From: Epiperipatus broadwayi
Lineage: Eukaryota > Animalia > Onychophora
Reading direction: 5' to 3'
Assembly: GCA_028023455.1 (NCBI GenBank)
Contig: JAQFVV010000011.1
Span: 4,216,001 to 4,280,000 of the forward strand
Length of the DNA: 64,000 nt
How positions within the stretch are numbered: the stretch's first letter is position 1; each line of letters opens with the position of its first letter. Of the stretch, positions 37,290 to 49,650 are shown one piece after another. The notes under the pieces are model-generated. The model did no database searches. It worked only from the letters and a program-made list of their open reading frames with translations, and was not told where the DNA came from. A program made the position numbers and the translations under genes.

Positions 37290-37400
37290 ATAAACATCAT
37301 ATGATCACGAGCGGCAATACATATAGAGTTTTGCCTGTTTTAAAACTATAAAATATATAAAACACCTTAGATCTGAAATATCACATGATCACCATTCTGA
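37290..37400. repeat. RZ1 terminal fragments
   Basis: TAAACATCATATGATCAC, TAGAGTTTTGCCTGTTTT and ATCACATGATCACCATT match the RZ1 terminus in both orientations. Confidence 0.55.
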
Positions 37401-37552
37401 AATATTTATTTTCAAGGCTTTTTTTTTATTAAGAGGTAAAAAGCTAATAATCTTACCATGCTGGCTTATGCATATTGATGAGTAGCTTATCCATGTTTAT
37501 ATGTTACATGGATATTCACATGCTAATAATAACTGCAATGAGATGGACAGTA

Positions 37553-37640
37553 ATAATTTGCCCTGCTCAGTTCCTTTAACATCTCCTAGAGGAATTAAAT
37601 GATCTCTTTTCAGTTAACAGCAAATCCCCTTCTGCACCAT
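37553..37640 (-). repeat. Isolated copy of the RTE 5'-terminal ~90 nt
   Basis: Reverse complement GGTGCAGAAGGGGATTTGCTGTTAACTGAAAAGAG...GAGCAGGGCAAATT aligns with 3413-3499 and 41536-41624. Confidence 0.7.
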
Positions 37641-40223
37641 GGATTGACTGAATAAAAGGGAGACGTTATTCAAGTAGAATTTATTGATGTTATGATAAGG
37701 ATGGGAAGTTATAAAAGAAATTAGAAAGCACAAAATATTTCAGATAATACACAAGAGCAAAGATAATGGAAAATTATGATTTTTTTTTTTAGAAAATAGA
37801 AATAATAAATTAAGATTTGAAACAAAGTTGCTAGATGATAGTTAGGAAGATAAGGCAGGGAATTATAATTATTTCAATTTAATAAGAATTTCATGGGGAA
37901 AAGCATACTTAATGAATGATCCAATAATTAAAGGTAGACATAATAAGCTATATTACAATTTTCTCTGTAGAATATAAATATTTTGTGTCTTTTTTATCTT
38001 ATATTGATAAAAAGTTACTATTATATTTTTAAGTCATATTGTGTTCTTTTTTAATGTTTGTATGTGTGCGAGAGAGAAAGATTTTATGCATTGCAAAATA
38101 TTTGTATTTAGTGAAAATTTGTGAGATTGGGTAGTTTTCCTGGGTTCTATAATTAACCATGATTGTAGCGATTCATACTGAATGAAGACATTTTCAACAG
38201 GGACTTAGCCTATGGTAATATCATCATCATCAACCATTATCAATCCACTGCAGCATGAAGGTCTCCGAGTTCAATCCATCTTCTCCAATCTTTAGCTTCT
38301 CTTCTCCACATCATCCCTGCACACTTTCTTATTTCATCCATCCATTTAACATGTGGTCTCTTTCTGGGTATTATCATCTCTTCTAGCAATATGTTCAGCC
38401 AACTCCATTTCAATCTTACAATTTTTTCAATGAGGTCAGTAACACCTGTTTGTTCTCTTATCAATACATTGTGTTTTTGATCTCTTCTTGTTACTCTCAA
38501 TATGCATATCTCCATACTTCTTTGAGTAGTCTGAAGACTCTGTATTGCTCTTCTATTAAGTGTCCAAGTTTCAGATCCATAAGTAAGAACTGGTAAAACA
38601 CATTTATTAAAAAACTTTATTTTCAAACACATAGGCATATTTCCTTTTAGTATCAAGTTATTTCTACCAAAAGCACTTCAACCAAGTTTAATTCTATGAT
38701 TAATTTCATCCATTATGTTTCCATCTGACTTAATAATCTGACCAAGGTATTTGTAACTGTTAACTTCTTCTAACTCGTCATAATCAATCTTTATTTTCAT
38801 ATTTTGAGAAAATCGATTAAACATTACTTTAGTCTTTTTAATGTTTATCTTTAGTCCTACTTTCCTACTTTCATTTGATAACTCCCGCAACATTTCCTGC
38901 AGCTCTAAAGCATTATTTGCAAAAACAACTACATCATCTGCAAAATCTAAATGACATAAATAATCTCCATTTATTTTCACTCCTTTAGCTTCCCATTTTA
39001 ATCCACAAAATACTTCTTGCAGCACTGCTGTAAAAAGTTTTGGAGATATGGAGTCACCCTGTCTTACACCCTTCTCAATGTTGACTTTTCCAGTATTATT
39101 ATGTAATCTAATTGTTGCTGTTGCATTTTTATAAATATTCTTTAAAATATGACAATATCCTGGATCTATACCTTGATGATCCAATGCTTTAATCACTGAA
39201 GAAATGTTTATAGAACCAAATGCCTTTTCGTAATCTACAAATCCAAAACATAATAGCAACTCATATTCATTTGTCCTTTCTATAACTTCTCTCAATATCC
39301 GGATATGATCTACTGTACTAAAACCACTTTTAAATCCAGCTTGTTCTCTTGGTTGGTGGAAATCCAATGTTCTCTGTAGACGAGTTGTAATTATCTTGGT
39401 AAAAATTTTGTATAAAACTGATAAAAGACTGATAGGTCTGTAATTTCTAATATCTTCTTTATCACATTTTTTAAATATTAATATTAATACTGCATTCTTC
39501 CAATCATCATTTAGACATTTGGTATATAACTTTGCTAAAAAAAATTATATTTCTTCACCTGCTTCTTTTAATATCTCAATTGTAATTTCTTCATTACCTG
39601 GAGCCTTTCCCTTCTTCATATATGTAATTGCATGTCTCACTTTTTCATTTAAAATTCCAGGCAATTCAAAAGATATAATAGATATAGGCGATACTTGTTC
39701 TTTATTACTATATAATTCTTGATAAATGTCTTCTACCCATTTCAAGATGTCATCTCTCTTTTTAGTAATAATTCCATCTTTTTTTCTTATTGCAGATATA
39801 AATTTCCTATCAATACCAAAATGTTGTTTTACATTCTTGAGACTTTTATTTTCTTCTACAGCTTTCCTTGCTAATTCACAGTTATACTTTCTTATATCAT
39901 TTTCAAGTCTTTTCCACACCATTTTACAAAATTCGAGATATTCAATCTTTTTTAATGCATTATTTTTGTATGTCTTCATATTCCTTCTTTTCTTCATAAA
40001 TTCTCTAGTCTCAGTAGAAATTTTATTGGTCAATTGCTGCTTTTTTCTACCAGCTATCTTTGTTGCAGTTTTTAAAAGTGTATCAGTTATTTTCATATTA
40101 ATTTCATTCAAATCTAAATCATGTTCAAAATCTACTAATACTTGAAACCGATTTGTAAGTTCTAATTTAAATTCATTAGAATCTTTCTGAAATTTAGGAA
40201 TATCAACTGTAAATATTGTTTTA

Positions 40224-40450
40224 AAACAGGCAAAACTCATATACGTATGCCACACACAGCAAGCTAGAGTAATCAATGGATGCCAGAAGGCTTGTGCATA
40301 AAATCCCCATCTAGTGCCTACTCATCCAATATCCCCAGACTAGTCTCTGTGAGGAGTTGTGTGTGGCATATGTATAGTGAGTTTTGTCTGTTTTAACAAC
40401 AGTTATACACAAGCATAAGAGATGGGGGTCATGTGATGTTTATTGGCTTA
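40224..40450. mobile_element. RZ1 insertion nested in RTE, hammerhead core deleted
   Basis: 13-bp TSD AAATATTGTTTTA (40211-40223, 40451-40463). An inverted arm to ~40358 is followed by the plus-strand terminus. Confidence 0.88.
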
Positions 40451-41460
40451 AAATATTGTTTTACTTAATAATTTTTGTCTCTAGTTTTGCAGTAACACAT
40501 ATCTTACATCTTACTAATCGATGATCACTTCCTGTGTTAAATTTATTAAGAACATTACAATCTTGAAATATGTATTTTCTATTAGTTAAAATATAATCCA
40601 ATTCTGCTGTACCTTCATTTGGATGCTTCCATGTTCATTTCCTTTTAACATTTTCCTCAAAAAAAGAATTCATAATATAATGTTTTTCTTTTTCTGCAAA
40701 CTCCACAAGTTTATGTCCTCTCTCATTTCTATTACCATAACCAAAATTACCTACAGCACTTTCATTTGTTTACCAATTCTAGCATTAAAGTCTCCCATAA
40801 CAATTTTAAAATGTTGTTTCCTCTAATCAAACGCCTTTTATACATCAATATAAAAATCTTCTATTACTTAATCACTATGAGAACTTGTTGGGGCATCTTG
40901 CCACTCTGTCCGATACCCCATCAATCTTCACAATATTGTTCTTCCACTTTTTATTTATAATGAATCCTACTCCACTTTTATTTCCAATATTTGTGCCTTT
41001 ATAATAGAGTACATGTCCCATTTTTTAAATCAATTGTCTCTTCACCTTTTCTTCTAACTTCACAAAGTCCAATAATGTCCCATTTAATATAAGACAGTTC
41101 TTCTAATTCTTGCAATCTTTCTTCACTTGAAAATGATCTGTAGTTGTAAGCACCTAAATAAAAAGTCGTCATCAAATGGCAGCCTGAGTTCGCAATCAGG
41201 GGATTTTTAGCACCCTCCGCCTTCGGCTACCAACCAGCCTTGGTTGGTGACTTTACAGCCTCCTGGGAATAGGGGCCATGATTTATTTGTATCTATCATA
41301 ATTGTATATATGTATTGGAAAAATATTTATCATTTACACAAAAACATTTATTCTGCCTTACCAGACAACTGAGAAGAAAGACCATGATGTTTCTTGATCT
41401 TAAACTCAGACATAAAAAGCCAATAAACTCACCACGCTGGTTAATGCGTGTTGGTGAGCA

Positions 41461-41624
41461 GCCCATCCATGTTCGTATACTATACGAATAATCACATAGT
41501 AATCTGCAACAACAAAAACGTACGGAATGAACATTAGGAATTTGCCCTGCTTGGTTCCTTTAAGGCCTCCCAAGAGGAATCAAAGGGTCTCCTTTCAGTT
41601 AATAGCAAACTCCTTTCTGCAGCC
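41461..41624 (-). ncRNA. Degenerate HDV-like ribozyme at the RTE 5' end (copy b)
   Basis: P1 5' GGCTGCA starts at the element boundary; P2 GTTCATTCCGT/ATGGATGGGC; P3 ACG/TGT; L3 TTTTTGT (cf. TCCTCGT); P4 TACTATGTG/CGTATAGTA; J4/2 CGAAC; 5-nt deletion at P1'/P1.1. Confidence 0.65.
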
Positions 41625-42904
41625 ATGGTAATATATTGAGATATAAATAATGTAATAATTAATACAGAAAAAATTACAAATGCATATATATGTATATGTG
41701 GAAAAATCTTAATTAAAATAGAAAACATTGAGAAGAAAAAAATAGTATTGAGGGGAAAATAGCACAATTCATTGATTTTTAATTTTAAATAATACTATTA
41801 AAATCAAAAACTATTGTCACAACTATATGATAATAGTAATTCTATGAAATAAAAATATATAACATTAGATGTTAACTAATTTAATGAATTTTTAAAGTAT
41901 TATGTAGTGAAACAAATGACTTATGTATAATAACTTTGTGTGCCCTGTATTATCTGGATTATTGAGTTTAGTTCTAGAAAATACTTAACTATCTTTTGAG
42001 TAATATTCTTTTTGCTTCCCCAAGCAACTCTGCTAATATGAATTTTTAAAAAAAAACTTGATAGGATACTAATTAAGCCAGAAAAATTTATGAATCTGTT
42101 GTTAAAGTTGATAAAGAAATTCAAAACTTATCAGGACAATAGATATTATAGAAAAAATGACAAATCTTGTTAAGAAAAAAGTGATTAGATGTGGAATATA
42201 ATGACAGGAATTAGAAGACTGGAGATGTAAATTTTATGCCCACTTATAATAATGTAAATTATGAGTTGGTATAGTTTTAGGATAAATGAGAAATAACTAT
42301 TTTGAGTTAAAATTATTAAAAGTATTATGTTAATGATAGTAAGATTAAAGTTTTTTAGATTTATAAATAGCAGTGTTGAAGATTCCTAGAAAAGATTTGA
42401 TTTTTATCTTGATATAAAAATATTCAGTAAAGTTATTTGTTACTTTATAAAATTTCTTATTATTTAGATAATGAAAGAGTATTTTTATTTGTTGATTTCA
42501 TCATTATCACTATTAGTTATCTGCATTAATCCAGATTTCACACATCACACCAGACTATTATATATAACCCTTTAATCTCTTACTGTCTTATGAATTCAAA
42601 TACTCAATTACCTTCTTTTTAAGATAACTGAATTGTTTTATTCTTCTTCTTACCTGATTTATATACAACTTTGATCATTTGTTAACCTCAAATTTCATAC
42701 CCAATCCAATTCCTCTTGTATTTCAAAATTTTCTCGTAAATAATTTTTTTATATTTATTTTTTTTCAAAGTTCTCGCCGCCCCCTTCCTCCACTTTCATC
42801 TCTGTAATATAAAACAGTATCTAGTTTTAAAAATAACAGTATTGTTTTTTTTTTTGATTCTCTTTACTGCAGTACATAAATGACTATTTATTATTTTAAC
42901 TATT

Positions 42905-43130
42905 GAAATATGATCTCCCCTCCCCTACAGTACAGGCTTTTTTCATACCTGCACTTACATATGTAATATATAGGGGGTTTGAACTCAGACTTTCACTCGA
43001 CCTCCAACCATTTGTGCTATCTCATACAGCTGATAGACTTGATCTCACACATGTTGAAAAGATAATCACCAATAGCGTATTTAGTGCTAAACCAGCACTC
43101 GTCAGTTGTTCCAGATTATCATCTCCACAC
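42905..43130 (-). mobile_element. RZ3-related hammerhead element copy
   Basis: Minus strand CAA-CTGACGA-GTGC-TGGTTTA-GCAC-TAAA-TACGC-TA-TTGG (43069-43108). Confidence 0.7.
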
Positions 43131-44586
43131 ATTTTAACTATTCTATTTTTTTGCTAAGTATATCTTTTCTAAATTATTTTTAAAATAAAAATTTCATTCA
43201 AACATGTCAAATATATATGTAAATGATTTTAAGTTTTTTATTTTATTTACTTAGTTATTGATGAATTTATACATATATTTTTGTCTGTTTCTTAATATTT
43301 TTCTTTTGAAATTTTTATTTTAATTAATCATCTTTATTGATAAATGGTTTTTTTTTTTAATATTAATTATTAAATCATTGGCATTATTTTAAGCAGAAAA
43401 AATAGATTTAAACTTTATATAAATATTTTCTGATATTAACTTTTATTATTTTCAAATTATAAGCAGCTTAATCGTGTTATGTTTGAGATATTGGATTCCG
43501 CTTATCTTTGTTTTTTTTTTATTATTATTATTATTGTCTAAATCTGTTTGGAAATTTGCCAAGAAATGATATAATAAAATATTTTTAGATTTAGCTTTTA
43601 TATTATTAACTTTGCAGAGTGGTAAATTAGTTGTTTCAAAAACTCTAAAATATTTATTTAGCACTAAATAAATATATATGTTGTGTACAATTTTACACTA
43701 TGCACATACGTAGCAACTGAAAGTTTTAAAATGAAATTATTAATTTGACAACATTGAAAAAAAAAAAATTTATTTATTTACAATAGTTTTCTTATATTGA
43801 GAGTGTTGTATCTGTGATTTCTATTTTAGTAGTTTTATTTATTTGCACTTTTAAAAATCTAATTTCTTAACTCTCAGAACAATTATTAATGCATTGTGAT
43901 TGGAAAAGCGGATAACCAAATAGCAACAATAAATCTTTTACTCTTTCATTATAAATCTCTTAATTTTTTTTGTTGAAAACATTCAAATTCGGTTGAAAAT
44001 TTAGTTAGATATTAATCTTATAATTTAAACTTAATAACTGAAATACAGGCTACCTTTATCATATACCCTATAATTTAAACTTTTTTAAAAAAAAGTTTGT
44101 TCCAATTATATAATATATTTAAAAGGCAAACCTAAAAACAATAAATTTAGTGAACAAATAGTGATTGAAAAACAAATATTTTCAACAAATGAGATAGAAT
44201 ATAAATATTCCAGAAGATGTGTTTCTGCATGCAGGAAAAGAGAAGGAAAAACTTGTGTGGGGAATTTATTCGTATTTTGCAGTATCTATGGAAAGGTTAT
44301 CAAACTGCTCAGTCAGTCAAAAGGAATAATGGTTTTTTCCCATTACTTTGATTTGAAATGGGAGACTAACCTGATCTTGTACAAGATAAGAACTTGTCTT
44401 TTATTTTGTCATGGACGTGCTTGTATTTTATAGATGTGTTTGGGTTTATCACTAAAATATCTCCATGGTTCAACTTCATGCAAGAAAATGGAACTTCACT
44501 TGTGTAATTGTCATGGAGAGTAATACTTTTTTTTGGATTTATTGTCCATCAATTACTTTCTTATTAATGACACTTTTTGAAAATAT

Positions 44587-44678
44587 GGTACTTTAGTATT
44601 AGATCTGTGAAATATCACAGCCATTCTGGATTAGGGTTAGATCGAGTTTCATCGCAGCAGGTCTAATATTAAAGTACT
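44587..44678. mobile_element. 92-bp Merlin-like MITE
   Basis: TIRs GGTACTTTAGTATTAGA.. / ..TCTAATATTAAAGTACT; perfect 8-bp TSD GAAAATAT; same TIR family as 61646-62918. Confidence 0.8.
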
Positions 44679-46913
44679 GAAAATATTTATGTTTTTAATC
44701 ATTATGCATATATTTAATATCTAAAGATTATTTTCAGTTTTTTTTTTCAACATATATGTACTCTGTGATTTAAATTATATTCCTTTTTACTTAAATATAA
44801 CTTTTCATCTGTGTGCTTTTTAATGCATTTGTTGAAGACTGAAACTTTTTTGATTTCAATTTCTTATGGAGACTTTTCTAGGAATTACACATTTACTTTT
44901 TTTTATTGTAGTTGCAATTGTAATTGTATTTCTTCTAAAAAATTTAAATTGTTTCAAACATTTTTATGTTTCTGATTTTTTATGAAAAATATAAAACTTA
45001 TTGATTAGCTTTTTTTAAGTTTACATTTGTACAGGAATGAAAGTTCCAACAGGTAGAGCATACATCCAACTAACATCAAAATTTTTATATATCATTAATT
45101 AAAATAATAGATTAATTTTTACTGATTTAATTCCATCCTACTCCCCCCTTCTTACAATTTTGCTTAAAATTCAAGTCAGATTTTTTCTTATTTCCATGTA
45201 ACAATTAAAAAAAAAAAAAGAATAGTGCAGCTAGAAAAAAAGATAGTGAGTGTGGTACTGAGGGATGATTTTTTGGGATAATCATCAAAACATTGAAAAT
45301 ACCAAGCCATAAAAGGGAACAAGTAGTGGGAAAATGGGTTTTGTTTGTTTACAAATGAAAATAAAGAAATGTAATGCATGTTATTTATTAAAATTAAATA
45401 ATAGTGTATGTGTACTTTTTTCAAATATGATACTATGATTGACAGACAGCTAAAAAATTTAATTAAGCGAGAACAAAAATATGATTTAGTTGTGCCAATA
45501 TGAATTTACTCCTACAAATTAATTAAAAAAAAAAAAATTACAAATAAACAAGATATAAAAAAAAAAAGAATTTAGTTATAGAAAGTAATTAAATAAATAA
45601 GGAAGAAGGAAAAGTATTAAATGAGTTATACAAAATAATTTTTTTAAAAAGAAAAAAAAATAAATAAAAGGTTTTAGCAGAATTTTGAAATCCTAAGATA
45701 TTGAGAAGTAGCATTTTATTTTTCAGATTTATCACTCCTGTTCAGGCTGAGTTAGTCTTTTTATTATTATATAGATTTATCTCCTCTGTTTTTTGGTAAG
45801 GTCAAGTGTCAGCTAGATTTTGTTAATTTATATAAATATTCTTTTGGAGGCTTTCAGGTCAACTGTCCACTACATTTTTCACACACACAGATATAGAGTT
45901 TCAAAAATTGATAACTGGAGAATCCAAAGAAAAGGATCAATTTCTTTATTGAGCAAAAGAAAATGAAAATAGTAAATTTCTGTGTGTTTTAATCAAAACA
46001 TTAATACTATATTGGGCAAATGACATTTAGTATAAGGAACGGGTTTTTCTTGTACATAAAGAAAAACAGTTAATAGGGGTTATGTAGTTTGTTTTTTTAA
46101 ATGAATGAAGGTAAAATAATCACATTGTGCACATGGTTTTTCAAATTATACTACAGATGGTTGTAAAAAATTTTAAAGTTTTAATTATCAATATTTCTAT
46201 TTAACCCCCCCCCTCCCAATTCTACAAAGAACAAAATCTGGCTTAACCCGAAGATGGTGATAAATCTGGAAAATAAAATGACATAACCTTTTATTTTTTT
46301 AAAAAAAATTACTTCATACAACTCATTTTATATTTATTTCTTCTTGTTTATTTGTTTAATTACTTTGTCCAACTAAATTTGTATTTGTGTTTTTTCTTCT
46401 TGTTTATTTATAACCATTGTTTTTTTGTTAAAAAAAAAAAAATACAAATAAATTCATACTTGCAATATTTTTGTTTTGTTTACTTTTTTAATTACATTTA
46501 AAAATTTTTCAACTATCTGTCAATTTATCATTTCTGAAAAAAGTATACATATTTTATTTTTATTTAATTTTGTTTAACACACATTACTTTTTTTAATTTT
46601 CATTTGTAAACAAACTAAAACCATACTTCCATTATTTTGTTCCATTTATTGCTTTGTATTTTCAGTAATGATTTGGTGTTTCTCCCAAGTGCTTACAGTG
46701 TTCCTGAGTACCTATTAAATGATTATCCATAAAGTGTTTACATATGTAAGAATTGGTATATTTATGTGTGTATTTCCATTCCTCCAAAATAATAATGATA
46801 AAACTTATTAATTTGTTGAGCGCATACTCATTACCTAAGTAATATATACTGTATTAAGACTATGCGTCTAGATGTGACAGTAGGGATCCCTATAAATCTT
46901 AACACAGGATTAA

Positions 46914-47179
46914 CGACTTTAAAAGACAAAAGCAGACACTCTTTGACCTACTTTTTAATTATATAGGCGAATTTAAAGCATTTTGATTTGAGAGCGTGAA
47001 GCTATTAACTACTTCACTGATTAAGTCCACAATTTCTATACAAGCTAACTTGTGCATTGTGTGAAGCTCTTTAAAGTGGTAAATAGCTTCGCGCTCTCAA
47101 ATCAAAATGCTTTTAATTCGCCTATATAATTAAAAAGTAGGTCGAAGATAAGAGTGGCCGTTCTTGTCTTTTAAAGCCG
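46914..47179. mobile_element. Fold-back MITE with TTAA TSD, nested in an older palindromic element (~46830-47230)
   Basis: ~95-bp imperfect arms starting CG(A/G)CTTTAAAAGACAA; TTAA at 46910-46913 and 47180-47183. Outer inverted repeat: TTA(C/T)CTAAGTAATATATA...TTAAGACTATG(C/T)GTCT. Confidence 0.8.
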
Positions 47180-47554
47180 TTAAGACACATAGTCTTAAGA
47201 TTATAGTCTTAATATATATTACTTAGATAAAACTTATTGAATTTTTTTTTCTTTTAAATTTTTTTAAAAATTTTATCTGATATATTTTTCTTTTTGTATT
47301 ATTATTAATTAATGATTAAATAATTCTTTTATTTATACAAATAGCAGAATTTCACATACAATTTTTTTCTTTTTTTACAATTAATAATTTTCTTTTTTAA
47401 CATTTAAATGAAGAACTTTACAATTTTTATTAGTCTTGGCAGAATTGCTTTAATTGCCAGATTTATGCTTTGAAGCCATTTCAAATGAATTTTTTTCTAA
47501 AAAAAAAAAAGCAAAGCATTTAAATTTAATTTATTTGCCATTAAAAAAAAAAAG

Positions 47555-47665
47555 GCATATGGCTTTATTTTTCGGAGTGCATAAGAAGTTTGAGCGCCAG
47601 AATCGGTCGGGGGATCTCCCCATCCCAAGTCAGATTTTACCAATTGTACCAAGCCATGCAGGCTA
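47555..47665 (-). mobile_element. Short tRNA-derived SINE copy
   Basis: Same tail (CATAAGAAGTTTGAG on the plus strand) and A-box-like TGGTACAATTGG. Confidence 0.55.
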
Positions 47666-48399
47666 GACTGTCATGATAGAATGAGTGCATATAACTGTGA
47701 TAATGCAAATCTTGCCATGTTACAAGAATAGCCGCTACTTTTCGTAAAATATTTACAAGTATTAAAAAATGTACTTTTTCTACTTCATTACAAATTTTAA
47801 TGTTTTTATTTTTGTTTGTTTACTATTTTGTTGCATAGTATATAACTGAAGTAGCAAGTATTAAGGCAGTTGATGCAGTGACTCCATTATATGTTTATTG
47901 AGTAACACAATAGTAAAATAGCATTAATAATTTTTTTTTTTTTCGATTTTTCATTTATTTCCATATATATCAAAATGATATAAAAAAATTAAAAATTTTG
48001 TTACACTTTTTTTTTTGAATGGTATTTATTGCAACATCCAAACTGATTTGAGATTTATGAGATTTTATTAAATGATTTTTAACTGAAATCATCAGTTATT
48101 TATAAATAAAAATGATTTTATTGAGTAATAAATAAAAAAATTATTTATAGCAAATTTTTTTCTCAAACTTATGACTATATAACGCTTACGTTACAGAAAT
48201 TTGATATGTAGTACCATAAGAAGTCATACCTTTTTGGGTTTTAATCATACAGCAGATTAAATTTTAAGTAAAAAAATTCATTTTGTTAGATAGTTATTCC
48301 AAATGTTTCTGATAAAGCAATTAAATTTAAACAAATAAAGTATTGTATATTTATTATTATTCCATAAAATAATTAATTTGACAAATTGCGTTAAAAATG

Positions 48400-48510
48400 T
48401 AATGACTTTATTGTTTGAAAGATCATAAGAAGTTTGAAAGCATGAAATGTAAGAACTGTATTTGATCCCAGAGCCTGATACTCTGTGCACTAAATCACGC
48501 AGGGCCATTA
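48400..48510 (-). mobile_element. Degenerate tRNA-derived SINE copy
   Basis: Contains TCATAAGAAGTTTGA and a tRNA-like head on the minus strand. Confidence 0.4.
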
Positions 48511-49617
48511 AAAATTTAATGGGGATATTTTAAATACAAGTAGAATCCTTCTTCCTATAGTTCAGTAACTTTTATCACCTGGTTATAATTATTAAGGAGG
48601 TCTTTTAAATTTTTATTTTCTGCTAGACTTTATTCTTTTAGAAAAAGTCATTTGTTTAAGTAAAATTTTGGCAACATTTTTTTTACTGAGACTGAACGGA
48701 TACCACTTTATTTTTTAAGCAATGGATTAAGATACAATTTATACAATATCTTCAGAATTAATGTACTAAATGTGAAGTGCTGTATATGGTTAAAAGAAGC
48801 AAATACTATGGAATGTCAGAATCCTGAGAAAATATAGTTACCTTTAAAAGATATTAGAAAAATTAATTTTTTAATACTTTTTCAAATGCTTATTTTGTTA
48901 TAGTTTCATAAGAGAGTTAAATTTTAATCTGACACTTTTGTAGATAGCTTAGTCAGATTCCTTATGAAATTTTTTAAAAAAAGATATATAACATGACTTA
49001 CCTGAGATAATTCTTAATTGGAAAGCATTAAAAATAAGACAAGCTGAAGAGTTTTCTGCTGCACATATGCTTCTTTCTAAGGTAAAAAAGAAATAATATT
49101 TCACAAGTATTGTAATATAAAATAGCAAAGAGAAAAAGTGACAAAATGAAAGACTAAAAAGTTTTTTCAGGGCGTATGTATATATTTCTATATTGAACCA
49201 AATTGAAATCCGTTTCAATGGTGTTATTACCAAAAATATTTATTAAGCTTTTAATTTTCATTAAACGTTTAATGTTTAAATTTTATTATTATTTAAAAAA
49301 GAATACGTGTATCAAAATACACAAGCGTTTATATGTAAAACGCTTCATTTCAATGTTTATCGATTTATTTTAAAATATTTTCATATACCGCTTGTTTTTA
49401 CTTTAAATCAATTAATTAAAAAACAAGCAACCTAGCTAATTACATTCCTGTGGCTTTTATTTTAATAGCGGAGATTTGATTTTTATGTAGTTGTTTTCAT
49501 TTCAATAATCCCTGGGTAGAATTCCTAGATTAGATTGAGCGGGAGATTAATATTTGCCCTGCCTAAGGCGTAGAAATTGGACAACAAGGAAAGTGTTTCG
49601 CGGGAAATGGAGCAACG

Positions 49618-49650
49618 TATAAATAGCCCCGAAAATTTGGAGTGTCAGTT
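49618..49650 (+). promoter_or_regulatory. TATA box + arthropod-type initiator
   Basis: TATAAATA at 49618 and TCAGTT at 49645-49650; predicted +1 A at 49647, 29 nt from the TATA start. Confidence 0.65.

Larger units (their letters stand above)
38222..41624 (-). mobile_element. Full-length RTE LINE (APE + RT), frameshifted, interrupted by an RZ1 insertion
   Basis: 10-bp TSD ATGGTAATAT (38212-38221, 41625-41634); (TGA)n tail. APE: GDFN..., WTWKHPN...ELDYIL...SDHRLV. RT: KAPG, EQAGFKSG, FVDYEKAFGS, GVRQGDSISPKLF, FADDVV, YKYLG. Confidence 0.95.

Noticed and set aside
41536-41615. TTCCTC in the RTE 5'UTR as the HDV L3 loop, or TTAA..CCAAG as a twister ribozyme
   Set aside because: P3/P1' cannot be formed around it and the twister element order does not fit. 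The segment folds better as the J1/2 insertion of the downstream HDV-like fold.
44161-44433. 90-aa ORF in a slightly GC-richer patch
   Set aside because: No recognisable motif in any frame and no convincing splice sites; possibly an old TE fragment.
49193-49509. Canonical 5' LTR of an intact LTR retrotransposon
   Set aside because: No adjacent PBS, no PPT before the second repeat, no TSD and no pol; kept only as an unresolved structure.
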